From NCBI GenBank assembly GCA_964626635.1, contig CAZVFY010000002.1:5300-69299 (forward strand): a stretch of DNA of 64,000 nt, in the 5' to 3' direction. Positions within the stretch are counted from its first letter, which is position 1; each line of letters opens with the position of its first letter. Positions 63,101-64,000 of this stretch are shown here, in pieces. The DNA is from an uncultured Candidatus Saccharibacteria bacterium. GTDB taxonomy: Bacteria > Patescibacteriota > Minisyncoccia > Phycocordibacterales > UBA918. A program made the translations under genes and the position numbers. Under the pieces are notes generated by a model. That model was not told where the DNA came from, ran no database searches, and worked only from the letters and a program-made list of their open reading frames with translations.

Positions 63101-64000
63101 ATGCCTACGTCCAATAAGGCCACAATCAAAGAAAACAACAAAGCCGCTACCGCAGCGGCCGCACAAAAAAAATCTGTAAAAAAGACACCGGCAGTTAGCA
63201 AAGCTACGCCAAAACAGTCTAAAGCAGCTCGTGTCCTCGCCGCCAAATCTGCCGAACTCATGCAGCTCGGTAAAGAGCGAGGGTATGTGACGTACGACGA
63301 ATTATTGCGTTCATTTCCAGAGGTGGAAACAAATGTTGAATTTCTCGATGACATGTACGAAAAATTTAGTATTGCCGGCATTGACGTGCTGCAGTCTGGG
63401 GGACTCCTCGGTGAAGACCCAAGTGTCAGCGTCATTGCCCAAAAGAATTCGTTCAAGCGCAGCGAAGGTGGCTACGATTCGATCCAGATGTACTTACGCG
63501 AGATTGGACAGTACCCACTACTGAATGCCCAGCAAGAAAAAGACCTGGCCAAGCGCATCGAGGAGGGTGACGAAGAGGCACGTAATTTGCTGGCGCGATC
63601 AAACCTGCGCCTCGTAGTGTCGATTGCCAAGAAATACGTCGGCCGATCTCCGGACCTCACGTTACTTGATCTTATCCAAGAGGGAAACTTGGGACTGTTC
63701 AAGGCCGTTGATAAATTTGATTTTACTAAGGGCTTCAAGTTCTCGACCTACGCCACGTGGTGGATCCGCCAAGCGATCACTCGCGCGCTGGCTGACCAAT
63801 CACGCACCATCCGCATCCCGGTCCACATGGTCGAGACGATGGCGAAATACAAACAAGTCTCGCGGCGATTAGCCCAAGACCTCGGTCGTGATCCGATGCC
63901 AGAAGAGATCGCCACTGAAATGAACGTCGAAGTCGAAAAGATCTATCAGATCGAGAAAATTTCCCAAGATACGATCTCGCTCGAGCTGCCAGTGGGGGAC
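63101..64000 (+). CDS. rpoD: Primary sigma factor RpoD/SigA (3'-truncated by window edge)
   Basis: Read directly from ATG 63101: [70 protein letters not shown]. Confidence 0.95.
   Translation, partial: MPTSNKATIKENNKAATAAAAQKKSVKKTPAVSKATPKQSKAARVLAAKSAELMQLGKERGYVTYDELLRSFPEVETNVEFLDDMYEKFSIAGIDVLQSGGLLGEDPSVSVIAQKNSFKRSEGGYDSIQMYLREIGQYPLLNAQQEKDLAKRIEEGDEEARNLLARSNLRLVVSIAKKYVGRSPDLTLLDLIQEGNLGLFKAVDKFDFTKGFKFSTYATWWIRQAITRALADQSRTIRIPVHMVETMAKYKQVSRRLAQDLGRDPMPEEIATEMNVEVEKIYQIEKISQDTISLELPVGD

Overview
Housekeeping-rich window from a small-genome bacterium, most likely Patescibacteria/CPR (Parcubacteria-like). The assignment is inferred from truncated PheS/PheT/ThrS, a NusB-NUDIX fusion, a short SMC, tandem pilins, a sortase and split transketolase; the genetic code is standard code 11. 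Core genes: gap-rpiB-rpe-tkt, rplY, rpmE, prfA, rpsB-tsf, tRNA-Thr, pheST, gyrB, thrS, dnaE, rnhB, rpmF-nusB-rnc, smc, rnr, rpsP-khpA, trmD, rpoBC, dnaG and partial rpoD. The best candidate for an undescribed system is a ~7.4 kb cassette array (45030-52380) between khpA and trmD. It holds one large Calx-beta/M23-peptidase protein and five paralogous membrane-anchored Cys-containing proteins with conserved ends and variable middles. Three more copies of the large gene's 3' end plus terminator separate the paralogues, and three paralogues are frameshifted at simple-sequence repeats. This resembles a polymorphic effector with an orphan-immunity array, possibly phase-variable. Other points: an alphaproteobacterial-type VPLPA-CTERM gene, a sortase next to a VPHTG substrate, a duplicated tRNA-Thr 3' end, pervasive leaderless promoters, an uncalled 50-aa membrane peptide and several structured intergenic RNAs. 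All assignments come from reading motifs by eye; no searches were run.
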